NCBI GenBank assembly: GCA_050251055.1
Contig: JBFWNL010000014.1
Span: forward strand, 1-61,471
Length of the DNA stretch: 61,471 bases
Reading direction: 5' to 3'
DNA from: Bacteriovoracia bacterium
Lineage (GTDB): Bacteria > Bdellovibrionota > UBA1018 > JBFWNL01
Below the pieces are notes generated by a model. It did not search any database. It was not told the DNA's origin and saw only the letters and a program-made list of their open reading frames with translations. The stretch's first letter is position 1, and each line of letters begins with the position of its first letter. A program made the position numbers and the translations under genes. Positions 18,275 to 27,506 of the stretch are shown here, piece after piece.

Positions 18275-18979
18275 TCAGGGTATCAAATAAAGGGCCCGGC
18301 TCCCGGGGATCGTGACGGCATTCCAAGTCCAGGGCACCCGTGCGGGCAGGATACGGTTATTAACGGATAATTTACGTCCATCTTTAGGGCCCACGATTAC
18401 GCGAATACAGCTAAAGATGAAGAGCGCCCAGATCGCTCCCAATGCATGGGTAGAGCGACGATCCCGTTTAGGCGTCCGCACGGATCGATCATGCGCGAAG
18501 GTTTCGTTCCAGACTTCCGGAATCAAACGGTGCAGTCCGTGCGCCAGCACCGCCTGGGTCGAACGGTACACCCATCCCCGCCTGCGCAGCGAAATGACGG
18601 CCTCTTTCAAGAGTTGGCGAAGCGGCTCATCCGGCAGGAAAGCACAGGCACCTTGGCTGAGGAGAATCGCGCCCCCTCGCCCCAATGACTTGCAAAGTAC
18701 GACGCTGACGGCGGGATCCGGCGTCAGTAATAATCGCACGGAGTTTTCTGGATATCCGGCCTCTCGGAGTACCGCCTGGAAGGTCCGCTCGAGGCCCGCA
18801 GCCGCGGGGGTACGCGCGCGGTGCGCGGCGGCGATCACCTGCTCGCCGAAACCCGCCGCGATGAGCGCGCTCAACCCCAAAGCGGTCGCCAGCGCGGCCG
18901 CAAGGGTTCCGGTAAACCCAAACGGAACCCCAAGCACGAGAAATGCGGCCGCGAAGGCAGAGACGAAAAAAAGAATCAT
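18275..18979 (-). CDS. membrane protein, HtpX/M48-like fold lacking HExxH at the canonical position
   Basis: Two N-terminal TM helices; GAILLSQG..LPDEPLRQLL resembles the M48 pre-zinc segment. Confidence 0.5.
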   Translation of the reverse strand: MILFFVSAFAAAFLVLGVPFGFTGTLAAALATALGLSALIAAGFGEQVIAAAHRARTPAAAGLERTFQAVLREAGYPENSVRLLLTPDPAVSVVLCKSLGRGGAILLSQGACAFLPDEPLRQLLKEAVISLRRRGWVYRSTQAVLAHGLHRLIPEVWNETFAHDRSVRTPKRDRRSTHALGAIWALFIFSCIRVIVGPKDGRKLSVNNRILPARVPWTWNAVTIPGSRALYLIP

Positions 18980-19010
18980 GGGGACAGTGTAGCCGGGAGA
19001 ATCCGGCGGT

Positions 19011-20258
19011 TCAAGCCTGGTCGTAGCCTTCTTGGGCGGAAACGCCCGATAGTCGTAGCCGTAGGTCGTCCGGATTTGGAGAGACCTTCAAGGCCTCTTC
19101 CTGGGTAATCAAGGACGCTTTCACTAAACGCTCGAGCTCTTGGTTGAGCGTGCGCATCTGGTAGTAGTTGTTGGACGTCGCCATGGCTTCCGGGATGCGG
19201 CTCAGTTCGTCTTTCAAGAGATAGCTCTCGACCGCGGGAGAATTGATCAGCACCTCGCAAGCCGGGATGCGACCCGACCCGTCGGCGCGGATCAAAAGCG
19301 TTTGCGAAATGACCGCTACCAACGTGGAAGCCAGCTGAATGCGAACCTGGTTGCGCGACACGCCGGGAAAGACGTCCAAAATACGCTCGATCGACGAGAT
19401 CGCATCCTTCGTGTGCAACGTGGAAAGCACGAGGTGCCCCGTCTCGGCCGCCGTAAGCGCGAATTGAATCGTCTTCGGATCGCGCAACTCGCCGATCATG
19501 ATGACGTCGGGATCCTGGCGGAGCCCCGCGAAAAGCGCGTCTTCGAAACTATGCGTGTCCGATCCTAACTCGCGCTGGGTGACCGTCGCCTTCTGGTCGC
19601 GATACATGAACTCGATCGGATCTTCGACCGTGAGCACGTGAACGGGACGATTCTCGTTGATGTGCTGAACCATCGCCGCGAGCGAGGTCGACTTGCCGCT
19701 ACCGGTGGAGCCGGTGACGAGCACCAGTCCACGCGGACGGAAGCAAAGCTCCTTAATCACTCCCGGGATGCCTAGATCGTCGAACTTCGGCACCGTGAAC
19801 GGGATCATGCGGATCACGCACGAGAGCGACCCCCGCTGGTAGAAAACGTTGCAACGAAACCGTCCGAGCTCGCCCATGCGGAATGAAAGATCGACCTGCA
19901 GTTTCTGAGAAAGCTCGGCGATCTGACGCGGAGAAATCACGTCGCTTAGAAGTTTCTCCACCTGGGGGGCAGTCATCTGCGGCATCTTCGCGGGGATGAG
20001 CTTGCCATGAATGCGGTAAAGCGGAGGGCGCCCCACCTTGATGTGCAGATCGGAGGCATTGTACTTGATGAGCGCGCGCACGAGGTAGCGCATGTCGATC
20101 TGGGCGGCGTTGCGCGGGCCGGCTTGCGCGCCGTTTACCTCCGGACGCGCTCCGGGCACCACGGAGAGATCGGGAGCCGAGGACGGGCCGGGGCCCACGG
20201 AAGACGGGAGCTGGACAAACGGGGATGCCGGCTTGCGCGCAGTATTGGCGGAGCTCAT
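19011..20258 (-). CDS. PilT/PilU family type IV pilus retraction ATPase
   Basis: ASDLHI, GSTGSGKST, TVEDPIEF, RQDPDVIMIGELRD, AETGHLVLSTLHT; AIRNLIRE motif replaced by AVESYLLK. Confidence 0.93.
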   Translation of the reverse strand: MSSANTARKPASPFVQLPSSVGPGPSSAPDLSVVPGARPEVNGAQAGPRNAAQIDMRYLVRALIKYNASDLHIKVGRPPLYRIHGKLIPAKMPQMTAPQVEKLLSDVISPRQIAELSQKLQVDLSFRMGELGRFRCNVFYQRGSLSCVIRMIPFTVPKFDDLGIPGVIKELCFRPRGLVLVTGSTGSGKSTSLAAMVQHINENRPVHVLTVEDPIEFMYRDQKATVTQRELGSDTHSFEDALFAGLRQDPDVIMIGELRDPKTIQFALTAAETGHLVLSTLHTKDAISSIERILDVFPGVSRNQVRIQLASTLVAVISQTLLIRADGSGRIPACEVLINSPAVESYLLKDELSRIPEAMATSNNYYQMRTLNQELERLVKASLITQEEALKVSPNPDDLRLRLSGVSAQEGYDQA

Positions 20259-20920
20259 GCCGCGTCCTTTTGATTATCCTTGTTCTGCGCACGCCAAGCG
20301 ATCATGAGGCGAACCTCAATGGTCTTCGCGGCGAACTCGCAGAGCGACTTCAGCAGATCCATGTCGGCCTTGGTGTAGTCCTGCTCGCCTACTCGATTCA
20401 GGAGCTCGACCACGCCAAAGGTCTTCCCGCGGATGATGATCGGCAGCGCCACCATGTTACGGGCATTGAAACCCACGGCGTCGGTGATCGCCTTGAGATG
20501 AATGCTGTTTTCGTTGACGTTGGAAACAATGAAAGGCTGTTTCGATTCGGCGACGTAACCCACGATGCCCTGGCCCATGGGAATCACGAAGCGCACGACC
20601 TGGTCCGAAGCATGGCCCGCGGCGGTACGAAAAAAGATGGTGCCGTCCCGATGGTTGCATTCCAGGATGGCGCCGGCCTCCGACTTCACGGCCTTCATGA
20701 AGATCAACAGCACTTCGCGAACGAAGTCCTGGAATTTCACGTCGGTGGTCAAAAGCTTCAGGAAGGATTCGATCGCGGTGAGCTTCGACGCCATCAAGGG
20801 CAGGTCGTCCGAAAACAACGTGCCTACGCCCGCTTCGGGTAGCTCGATGGCATTGGGCTCCTCGAGGATCGGGACTAAATCGAGCGAGTCATCATCATTA
20901 TGAGAGTCATTCTGAGCCAT
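20255..20920 (-). CDS. stand-alone GAF domain protein
   Basis: MGQGIVGYVAE..ARNMVALPIIIRGKTFGVVELLNR; ATGA overlap with the PilT-like gene. Confidence 0.88.
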   Translation of the reverse strand: MAQNDSHNDDDSLDLVPILEEPNAIELPEAGVGTLFSDDLPLMASKLTAIESFLKLLTTDVKFQDFVREVLLIFMKAVKSEAGAILECNHRDGTIFFRTAAGHASDQVVRFVIPMGQGIVGYVAESKQPFIVSNVNENSIHLKAITDAVGFNARNMVALPIIIRGKTFGVVELLNRVGEQDYTKADMDLLKSLCEFAAKTIEVRLMIAWRAQNKDNQKDAA

Positions 20921-20946
20921 GGCGAGCCAAGCCCCTCCTTGTGTCC

Positions 20947-20954
20947 TTATCGGC
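20947..20954 (-). promoter_or_regulatory. sigma28-type -10 box upstream of GAF-pilT operon
   Basis: Perfect GCCGATAA on minus strand; -35 box is poor (TTAT). Confidence 0.4.
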
Positions 20955-20975
20955 AGTATGGGAGAATAAATAACG

Positions 20976-21398
20976 GTGAAACTGGCGAAAAAAGCCGTTT
21001 TATTTCATGTATTTATACTAGCGGCTTGCGGCCTCCGGGGCGGTGGCAGCGTCTATTTCAACGATCCGGTACCCAGCGGCTCGATCGTGGCCCAGGGAAG
21101 CTTTAGCGGCCGGAACAACCAGACCGTCACGGGATCGGCGCTCATTTACCAAACTACCGACGGCACCTACGTCATCCGCCTGCAGTCGCTCTCGGCCCCC
21201 GACGAGGCGGCCCTGAAACTCTACGCGACGGTGAATGGCACAGAGACGTTGATGTCGACGCTAAAGGGATCGGCGGGCAATCAGAACTACACGACCTCGG
21301 TGAGCTTGGGCGCAACCTGGAGTTCGGTGAGCATCCGTTCGAGCTCGGCCAACCCATCGGTGGCCGAATACGGAATCGCGCTCCTCTCGACTCCCTGA
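20976..21398 (+). CDS. DM13-like lipoprotein
   Basis: LAAC lipobox; GSFSG..VTGSALIY..LKGSAGNQNY. Confidence 0.65.
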   Translation: MKLAKKAVLFHVFILAACGLRGGGSVYFNDPVPSGSIVAQGSFSGRNNQTVTGSALIYQTTDGTYVIRLQSLSAPDEAALKLYATVNGTETLMSTLKGSAGNQNYTTSVSLGATWSSVSIRSSSANPSVAEYGIALLSTP

Positions 21399-21405
21399 AT
21401 GGGCC

Positions 21406-21870
21406 CTACGGCAACGACATCTCGTTTTGATATTCGATCAGCTCCTTGAGATTCCGACATTCGCGGATGAACCAATCGTCTTTTTGGCGAACGAGATAAC
21501 AGATCTTCTTGTTGGTGACTTTCGCCTCGCTGTTATTCACGCGGTCGCTATAGTTGATTTCGTACGTGATGTTCACCTCGTCATCACTCGCCTTGCGGGT
21601 TTCCTTGAATACCAGCACGGGATTCTGGCGCTTCTTGCTCATGAACGCGAGCTCGAACTGATCATCGCTCCAAGTTTCCAGCCTCGTTTTAGCGTCCCCC
21701 ACCAGGTAGCTCATGAGGTCCTTGCGTTCGTCGACCGAACGAACGTTGAATGTCTTATGGATGTATTCCTTAAGGCGGTTCTTCGGGTCGTTGTTCGTCG
21801 GCGCCTCCCGGCACGCGCTAGCGCACGCCAAAACCAAACTCAATCCGATCCCCACGAAATATCTAGACAT
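21406..21870 (-). CDS. hypothetical lipoprotein (possibly NTF2-like)
   Basis: MSRYFVGIGLSLVLACASAC; LVRQKDDWFI C-terminal motif. Confidence 0.65.
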   Translation of the reverse strand: MSRYFVGIGLSLVLACASACREAPTNNDPKNRLKEYIHKTFNVRSVDERKDLMSYLVGDAKTRLETWSDDQFELAFMSKKRQNPVLVFKETRKASDDEVNITYEINYSDRVNNSEAKVTNKKICYLVRQKDDWFIRECRNLKELIEYQNEMSLP

Positions 21871-22585
21871 AACCCTCTCCCCGCAGCAATTCGATGAAAT
21901 CCCCAAGTCTCTTTTCCCCATCTAAATTCATTTCCGCGAACCGAATCCCATAACCGCGCGACCGGTCACGACCGGATTCGAGCGCGGTGACCGTGCGACC
22001 CTTGCACTCGACGGCATGCGCGCGAAAACGAAACGTCAGCGACACTTTTTTTTCCGGCTTCGCGGTACGCCCCGGTACGTTCGGCGCGCCCTCGGGACGG
22101 AACACGAACGTCCCGTCGCGGTCCAGACGGCTCACGCGGAAAGCGCTGCCGCCCATCTCGCACTCGAGGTAGGGAATCGCTTGGGGCACGCCTTGGAACC
22201 ACTTCATGCCAGGATCGAAAAACGATCGACCCATCTCGTGCTTCAACGCGAGCCAAACCATGGACCAAAAAACCACCAGTCCGATGGAAAAAAGCGAAAG
22301 CCAGAAATTCTGCGTCCGGATGGAGAGCCAGAAGCTCAGCAAACACCAGATCGCGCCGGTCAGACCCAAGGCGCGCAACGCCCACCGGCGCCCGCTCGCC
22401 ACGAGCATCAGAAGCGGCGCCAAGATGAAGGCCGCCGAAAGCGTCCAGATCTGAAGACTGCGCCAAGGCGGGCTCAGCCACGGACTGCGAGACACGATGA
22501 TCGTCTCGAGCGCCGCCAGCGGCAAGGCGATCAGCGCGATCACCATCAGGGTCTTCAAGCGGGCGGGGACGGAAAGGACCTTCAT
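21863..22585 (-). CDS. membrane protein with degenerate PilZ-like C-terminal domain
   Basis: 4 TM helices; FFDPGMKWFQ, VSRLDRDGTF, GYGIRF. Confidence 0.6.
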   Translation of the reverse strand: MKVLSVPARLKTLMVIALIALPLAALETIIVSRSPWLSPPWRSLQIWTLSAAFILAPLLMLVASGRRWALRALGLTGAIWCLLSFWLSIRTQNFWLSLFSIGLVVFWSMVWLALKHEMGRSFFDPGMKWFQGVPQAIPYLECEMGGSAFRVSRLDRDGTFVFRPEGAPNVPGRTAKPEKKVSLTFRFRAHAVECKGRTVTALESGRDRSRGYGIRFAEMNLDGEKRLGDFIELLRGEGYV

Positions 22586-22656
22586 TGCCTTAGTAAAATC
22601 TCATGCGATTCAATAACTTGTCAATGTTTACGGATCGGCGTACCATTATAAGGCGC

Positions 22657-22872
22657 ATGGCTTACGTCATCGACAAAACATGCACGAAATGCGGCGCCTG
22701 CTTGGGGGAGTGCCCTACCGGATCGATCGTGGAAGGCAGCAAGCAATACTTCATCGATACCGACACCTGCGCGGACCACGCCTTGTGCGTCGTCGTGTGT
22801 CCGGTCGACGCAATCGCGCCCCTGAAACTCGCCGAAACCAAATCGACCGCCAAACCGGGAGGTAAGCCATGA
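22657..22872 (+). CDS. dicluster 4Fe-4S ferredoxin-like protein
   Basis: CTKCGACLGECP and CADHALCVVVCP. Confidence 0.9.
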   Translation: MAYVIDKTCTKCGACLGECPTGSIVEGSKQYFIDTDTCADHALCVVVCPVDAIAPLKLAETKSTAKPGGKP

Positions 22873-24050
22873 TTCGGATTGTTGGCGTGATGACGGGGAC
22901 CTCCTGCGACGGTCTGGATCTCTGCTGCGTGGAGATCGATCCCCGCGCAACCACCGGCCGTCTGGATTGGAAAGTGTTATGGACCCACGCCGAGAACTAC
23001 CCTTCCGCGCTCCGCAAGCGGGTGCTGGCGATCCAAGATCCGCGCTCTAAACTCGCCCTCAAGCAAATGCTCGAAATCGACCGGGACCTCGGCGAATGGT
23101 ACGGGCTTTCGATCGCGCGCGCAGTGGCGAAAAATTCCACGCGGGGCGCCCCCGACTACGTCGCTTGCCACGGACAAACGGTCGCCCACTTCCCTGGCCC
23201 GCGGCGCATGGGCATGACCGCGCAGTTCGGCGACCCCACCCGCATCGCGTTCCACACGGGGCTGACCGTGATTTCGCATTTTCGCCATGGGGACATGGCC
23301 GCCGGGGGGCAGGGCGCGCCACTTGTGCCCATATTCCACCGCATGCTGCTCGCGCGCGCGGGATTTTCCGAGGGCGCCGCCGTTCATAATTTAGGGGGCA
23401 TCAGCAACCTGACCTACGCGCAACCCGGAGGCGCCCTACTGGGTTTCGACACCGGGCCGGCGAACCTGTGGCTGGATGCCGCCGCCGCAAAAGCCACCGG
23501 CGGAAAGAAGAAATTCGACATGGACGGTAAGCTCGCCGCGACCGGCAAGGTAGATGAAAGCGCGATCGCAAAGCTCCGGCGTGGCGCTTATCTAAAAAAG
23601 CCTCCGCCCAAGTCTACGGGACGTGATGACTTCCCCTTCGCGATGTTCGCGCGCACCACCCGCGCCCGCGGCGCCGATCTCGTCGCGACGGCCACGGCGT
23701 TCACCGCGCGATCCATCGCGGACGCTTATCGCCGCTGGATCTTAGATAAGGGAATGCCGCTACGTAAGATCTACTTTTGCGGCGGAGGCGCCAAAAATCC
23801 CACTTTGCTGGCCATGATCCAGGCGGCGCTACCGGAAGTTTCCATCGAGACCACGGCGAGCCTGGGAACCGACCCCCAGTTCGTGGAAGCGGAAGCGTTC
23901 GCGCTCTTAGGTTATCTTTCGATCGCGGGGCACCCGGTTGGCGGAGAGTGGACCGGCAGCGAAGGTTTCGCGCCCCCGGGACAACTCACGCCGGGCCGTA
24001 ACTGGTCTCAGCTGATCTCCACCCCGTCGTTGCCGAAAACGATGGCCTGA
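22869..24050 (+). CDS. anmK: anhydro-N-acetylmuramic acid kinase
   Basis: GVMTGTSCDGLD, CHGQTVAH, DMAAGGQGAPLVP, NLGGISN, FDTGPAN, PPKSTGR, EAEAFA. Confidence 0.95.
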   Translation: MIRIVGVMTGTSCDGLDLCCVEIDPRATTGRLDWKVLWTHAENYPSALRKRVLAIQDPRSKLALKQMLEIDRDLGEWYGLSIARAVAKNSTRGAPDYVACHGQTVAHFPGPRRMGMTAQFGDPTRIAFHTGLTVISHFRHGDMAAGGQGAPLVPIFHRMLLARAGFSEGAAVHNLGGISNLTYAQPGGALLGFDTGPANLWLDAAAAKATGGKKKFDMDGKLAATGKVDESAIAKLRRGAYLKKPPPKSTGRDDFPFAMFARTTRARGADLVATATAFTARSIADAYRRWILDKGMPLRKIYFCGGGAKNPTLLAMIQAALPEVSIETTASLGTDPQFVEAEAFALLGYLSIAGHPVGGEWTGSEGFAPPGQLTPGRNWSQLISTPSLPKTMA

Positions 24051-24982
24051 GTCGTCAGCTTCGGCTTACCTTCTCCGTACCACACCAACGCCGGGCCAAG
24101 TCCTTTCGGCAGGGATTTCCCCCCACAGAAGACCGGGGCTTCCCAGTTCAAATCCTTCGCGCCTTCGCGGCCCGCGCCGGCCTCCTTGCGGGCCCACTGT
24201 TCGAATCCGATGCGTACGCAGTGCTTGCGTACGAGCGCCGACCACGCCGGGGGCAGCGTCTTGGCGTCGAGCGCGGACATGAAATCTAGATGGGCTTGGT
24301 GCCAGTGCCGGGGAGAGCCGATGTCGTGCCACGGTCCATCGAAAGCAAACGCCCCGACCTTTCCCGCCGCGATCGCCGGCCGCAGGATTTTTTCGAAAAA
24401 ATCCGAAGGCTCGCCCGGCGGGACATCCGCCAGCGCCTCGACTTCGAGCACGCCCACGCCGGTAAAAAACGGTTTGCCCGCGACCTTCACCCCGGCCTCG
24501 ATGATTCGTTCGCCTTCGGCATCAACCATCAGCTCGCGGTACTCCCCGGGGTGATCTGGCATCCGCGTAATCGCTAACGTCATCATCACCCCGTGCTTCG
24601 CCCGCAGCTCCGCATGCCGATCGGCCAGGGCCGGAAGATCAACACCGGAAACCGTATCGGCATTTAGAAAAAAGAAGGGTTCCTTGCCACCCGCGCCCAG
24701 CATCGGTAACGCCTGCTTCAATCCCCCCGCGCTGCCCAGCAGGAGCCTGGTCTCGTCGCTGTAATGGATTTGCAGCCGACCGCGCTCGCACTGGTCGACG
24801 GTCGCACGCAGCTTTTCGGGCAAATGGTGCAGGTTCACCACCACGTCGCGCACGCCGCCCGCGCGCACAAGCGCATCGAGCGCGAATTGAATCATGGGAA
24901 CACCCATGAGCGGGAGCGCCGGTTTGGGCAGCCGCCCGGTAAACGGCTGCAGCCGCTCGCCCACGCCGGCGGCCATGACCAT
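24008..24982 (-). CDS. murU: NDP-sugar nucleotidyltransferase, MurU-like
   Basis: AAGVGERLQPFT..PKP, VVNLHH, LLGSAGG, WHDIGSP; directly downstream of amgK-like gene. Confidence 0.8.
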   Translation of the reverse strand: MVMAAGVGERLQPFTGRLPKPALPLMGVPMIQFALDALVRAGGVRDVVVNLHHLPEKLRATVDQCERGRLQIHYSDETRLLLGSAGGLKQALPMLGAGGKEPFFFLNADTVSGVDLPALADRHAELRAKHGVMMTLAITRMPDHPGEYRELMVDAEGERIIEAGVKVAGKPFFTGVGVLEVEALADVPPGEPSDFFEKILRPAIAAGKVGAFAFDGPWHDIGSPRHWHQAHLDFMSALDAKTLPPAWSALVRKHCVRIGFEQWARKEAGAGREGAKDLNWEAPVFCGGKSLPKGLGPALVWYGEGKPKLTTQAIVFGNDGVEIS

Positions 24983-25001
24983 CGCGCTGGAAATGACGGA
25001 T

Positions 25002-26060
25002 TTAGAAGTAGTAGTAATGAATGAGTACCTCGCGCAGCCTCGCGTACTCGGGATACTTCACCAGGGTGCGCCGGATATTCTCGAATGTATTGCCGATATA
25101 CTTCAGATACGTCGCATTGCCTCGACGGTTCAAGAAAGAAGCGAAACTGCCGATCGCCTTGAAATTCCGTTGGATCGCCATCAGGTCGAAGATGTACAGG
25201 AAATGCTTCCGATCGATCATTTTCCCCGTCGCGGCCTCGAGCTTGGCGATCGTGTAGTCGAGCAAGGTCCTCACTTGCGATTCCTCGAGCTGGTAGTAGC
25301 TGTCACGTAGAAGCGAGGCAAGATCGTACTGGATCGGCCCCAGGCGCGCGTCTTGAAAGTCGATCATGACGTAGCGCTCTTCCGGCGTGCCCGGCGCTCC
25401 CGTGACCATGATGTTGCGACTATGATAGTCGCGATGGGTGAATACGGTCGGCTCGGCGGCCAGGATCGTGCAGATCTTACCGAACCCTTCGCGGATGATC
25501 TCCACGTCTCCGGGCTTGAACTTGCGGGCCAAATGCTTTTCGTAGAAATGCTCGATGGTGAAGTCCACTTCCCACATCAGCTTCTTGAAATCGAAAAATA
25601 GGTCGAACGTTTCGATCCGTTTGCCCTTGCCGGGCTGGGAGGCCGCGGTCTGCATCTGCACCAAGATGTCGATGGCGCGCTGGTAATACGCGCGCTCGAG
25701 ATCGGTATCGAGAATTGATTTCAAGCGATGCAGTAGGGTGTCGTCGCCCAAGTCCTCGAGCAAAACGTAGCCACGGGCGGCGTCGACGTCGATCACCTTC
25801 GGAACGGCGACCTGGCAGGCCGCCAGATGCTTTTGCACCGCCAGGAAATCAAGATCCCAGCCCTTGTCGGCGAAAGGGTCCACGCACATCAGGATGAAAG
25901 TCTGGTTGTCCGCGCCGACCCGGTAGTAACGGCGCGTGCTCGCGTCGCCGGGGATGCGCTCGATCGAGGTAAGCCGCTTGCTTTGCTTTACCCAGTTCGT
26001 GATTTCTTCAGGTACGGCCTGTTCGAACATCTTCGCCACCTCCGAAAGGACGCCCTTCAC
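25002..26060 (-). CDS. amgK: anomeric MurNAc/GlcNAc kinase (APH-fold phosphotransferase)
   Basis: GDASTRRYYR, LLEDLGD, HRDYHSRNIM, IDFQDA..GP..YDLASLLRD, QRNFKAIGSF. Confidence 0.9.
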   Translation of the reverse strand: MKGVLSEVAKMFEQAVPEEITNWVKQSKRLTSIERIPGDASTRRYYRVGADNQTFILMCVDPFADKGWDLDFLAVQKHLAACQVAVPKVIDVDAARGYVLLEDLGDDTLLHRLKSILDTDLERAYYQRAIDILVQMQTAASQPGKGKRIETFDLFFDFKKLMWEVDFTIEHFYEKHLARKFKPGDVEIIREGFGKICTILAAEPTVFTHRDYHSRNIMVTGAPGTPEERYVMIDFQDARLGPIQYDLASLLRDSYYQLEESQVRTLLDYTIAKLEAATGKMIDRKHFLYIFDLMAIQRNFKAIGSFASFLNRRGNATYLKYIGNTFENIRRTLVKYPEYARLREVLIHYYYF

Positions 26061-26773
26061 AGCTGCTTGATCCGATCATGCACGGCGATGAAGCGATCCG
26101 TGCGCACGATGGGGTTGATCAAGGGAGCGAACCTTACGATCGCTCGATGCGTCTTCTCCTTGAATGATTGTAGCTGCTTTTCCGTATAAGGCGAGTTTTT
26201 CGGAGAACCGGCGTATATATCCCAAAGCGAGACCAGGCCCCGCGAATCGTAGCCGGAATCGTAGAGAATCTGAACCGCGCCGTCGATCAAAACGAGCACC
26301 TCGGCGGCGGAAAGGCGGAGGGAAGCCTGCGGATCCTGCGCCAGCCGTTCCATTAGCACGCGCTTATGAATGGCGGCGAGCTGAAGCGCGATCAACGCGG
26401 CGACCTCGCTTTCGTACTCTGTCCGCTTGAGCACGCCGGCGGAGAGATACAGGCGCACGCCCGGCAAACCGTAGTTATCCCAAGCCTTGGCTTCATCGGC
26501 CAATATCTTCACTTCGACCTTCGCTCGGTTCAGCACCGCGATCGTGGCCAACCCCTTTGTGCCCAGATCGGCCAAGAAGTGGGAAACCTTTTCGTTGCGC
26601 TTGAACTTCTGCTGGGGCTCGAACTTCGCCGCGACTTGAAGTCCCGCTTCATGATCGAGACGGACCTGCTCTTCCGGCGTGATCTCGATTTTTTTTACCG
26701 GCACGGAGGTGCACCCGGCGACGCCCATCGCCAATGCCAAAACCGCCGTTAACATTTTGTTTCTGGGTTGCAT
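26057..26773 (-). CDS. M48/BepA-like lipoprotein lacking the zinc motif
   Basis: VAGC lipobox; NYGLPGVRLYLSAGVL..ESEVAALIALQLAAI; ILYDSGYDSRG. Confidence 0.65.
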   Translation of the reverse strand: MQPRNKMLTAVLALAMGVAGCTSVPVKKIEITPEEQVRLDHEAGLQVAAKFEPQQKFKRNEKVSHFLADLGTKGLATIAVLNRAKVEVKILADEAKAWDNYGLPGVRLYLSAGVLKRTEYESEVAALIALQLAAIHKRVLMERLAQDPQASLRLSAAEVLVLIDGAVQILYDSGYDSRGLVSLWDIYAGSPKNSPYTEKQLQSFKEKTHRAIVRFAPLINPIVRTDRFIAVHDRIKQL

Positions 26774-26833
26774 TCTGGGATTCCTTCGATACTATCCCGC
26801 CATTCTACTCATGTTTTTTTAAAGGGGGAAACT

Positions 26834-27418
26834 ATGAAAAAACATATCGCAACTCTCGGAATCATCGCCGCGTTCATCGCGGGTCCCGCCAACGCCGCGC
26901 TCGATCGTGAAACGGTCGCCGCGATCGGCCACGAAGTCGCCCTACAGATGGTCGACTCCGCACGGACGCTCAACCTCATTGAATGGAAAGTCGGCGACAC
27001 GGCCAACTACGACGTCTCCGCCTTGTTCGGCAAGGTCGGCACTATGGTGAAGACCGTGGACCGCGAGGAAGGTGAAGCCATCTGGGTGAAGTCCTCTATG
27101 GATCTCATGGGACAAAAGCAGGTGGTTGAAATGCTGATCAATCGCGCGGACGCTAAGGTCCTCAAGATGATCCAGAACGGCAAGGAAGTGGAAGTTCCGA
27201 ACGACCCGCTGGAAGTCATCTCGCAAGACTACGCGGAAATCACCGTTCCGGCCGGCAAGTTCAAGACCATCCACATCGTGGCCAAGTCCGCCAAGGTGAA
27301 GAAGATCGAAGTTTGGGCGAACCCGCAGGAAACCGTGATGGAAGGCTCGATCAAGCAGATCGTCAGCGCCCAGATCGAAGTGAAGATGGAGCTCACCTCG
27401 TTCAAGAAAATCCAGTAA
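26834..27418 (+). CDS. exported hypothetical protein
   Basis: Signal peptide ending ANA; WKVGD and EITVPAGKF motifs; GGGGG RBS; strongly biased codon usage. Confidence 0.8.
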   Translation: MKKHIATLGIIAAFIAGPANAALDRETVAAIGHEVALQMVDSARTLNLIEWKVGDTANYDVSALFGKVGTMVKTVDREEGEAIWVKSSMDLMGQKQVVEMLINRADAKVLKMIQNGKEVEVPNDPLEVISQDYAEITVPAGKFKTIHIVAKSAKVKKIEVWANPQETVMEGSIKQIVSAQIEVKMELTSFKKIQ

Positions 27419-27450
27419 GACTCTTTTGCGGACGCGAGTCCGGCGAAAGC

Positions 27451-27486
27451 AAAAAGGGCTAGTCCTCGCGGACTAGCCCTTTTTTT
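27451..27486. terminator. bidirectional intrinsic terminator
   Basis: AAAAAGGGCTAGTCC-TCGC-GGACTAGCCCTTTTTT between convergent genes. Confidence 0.9.
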
Positions 27487-27506
27487 ATGTCCACTGGTAG
27501 TAAACC

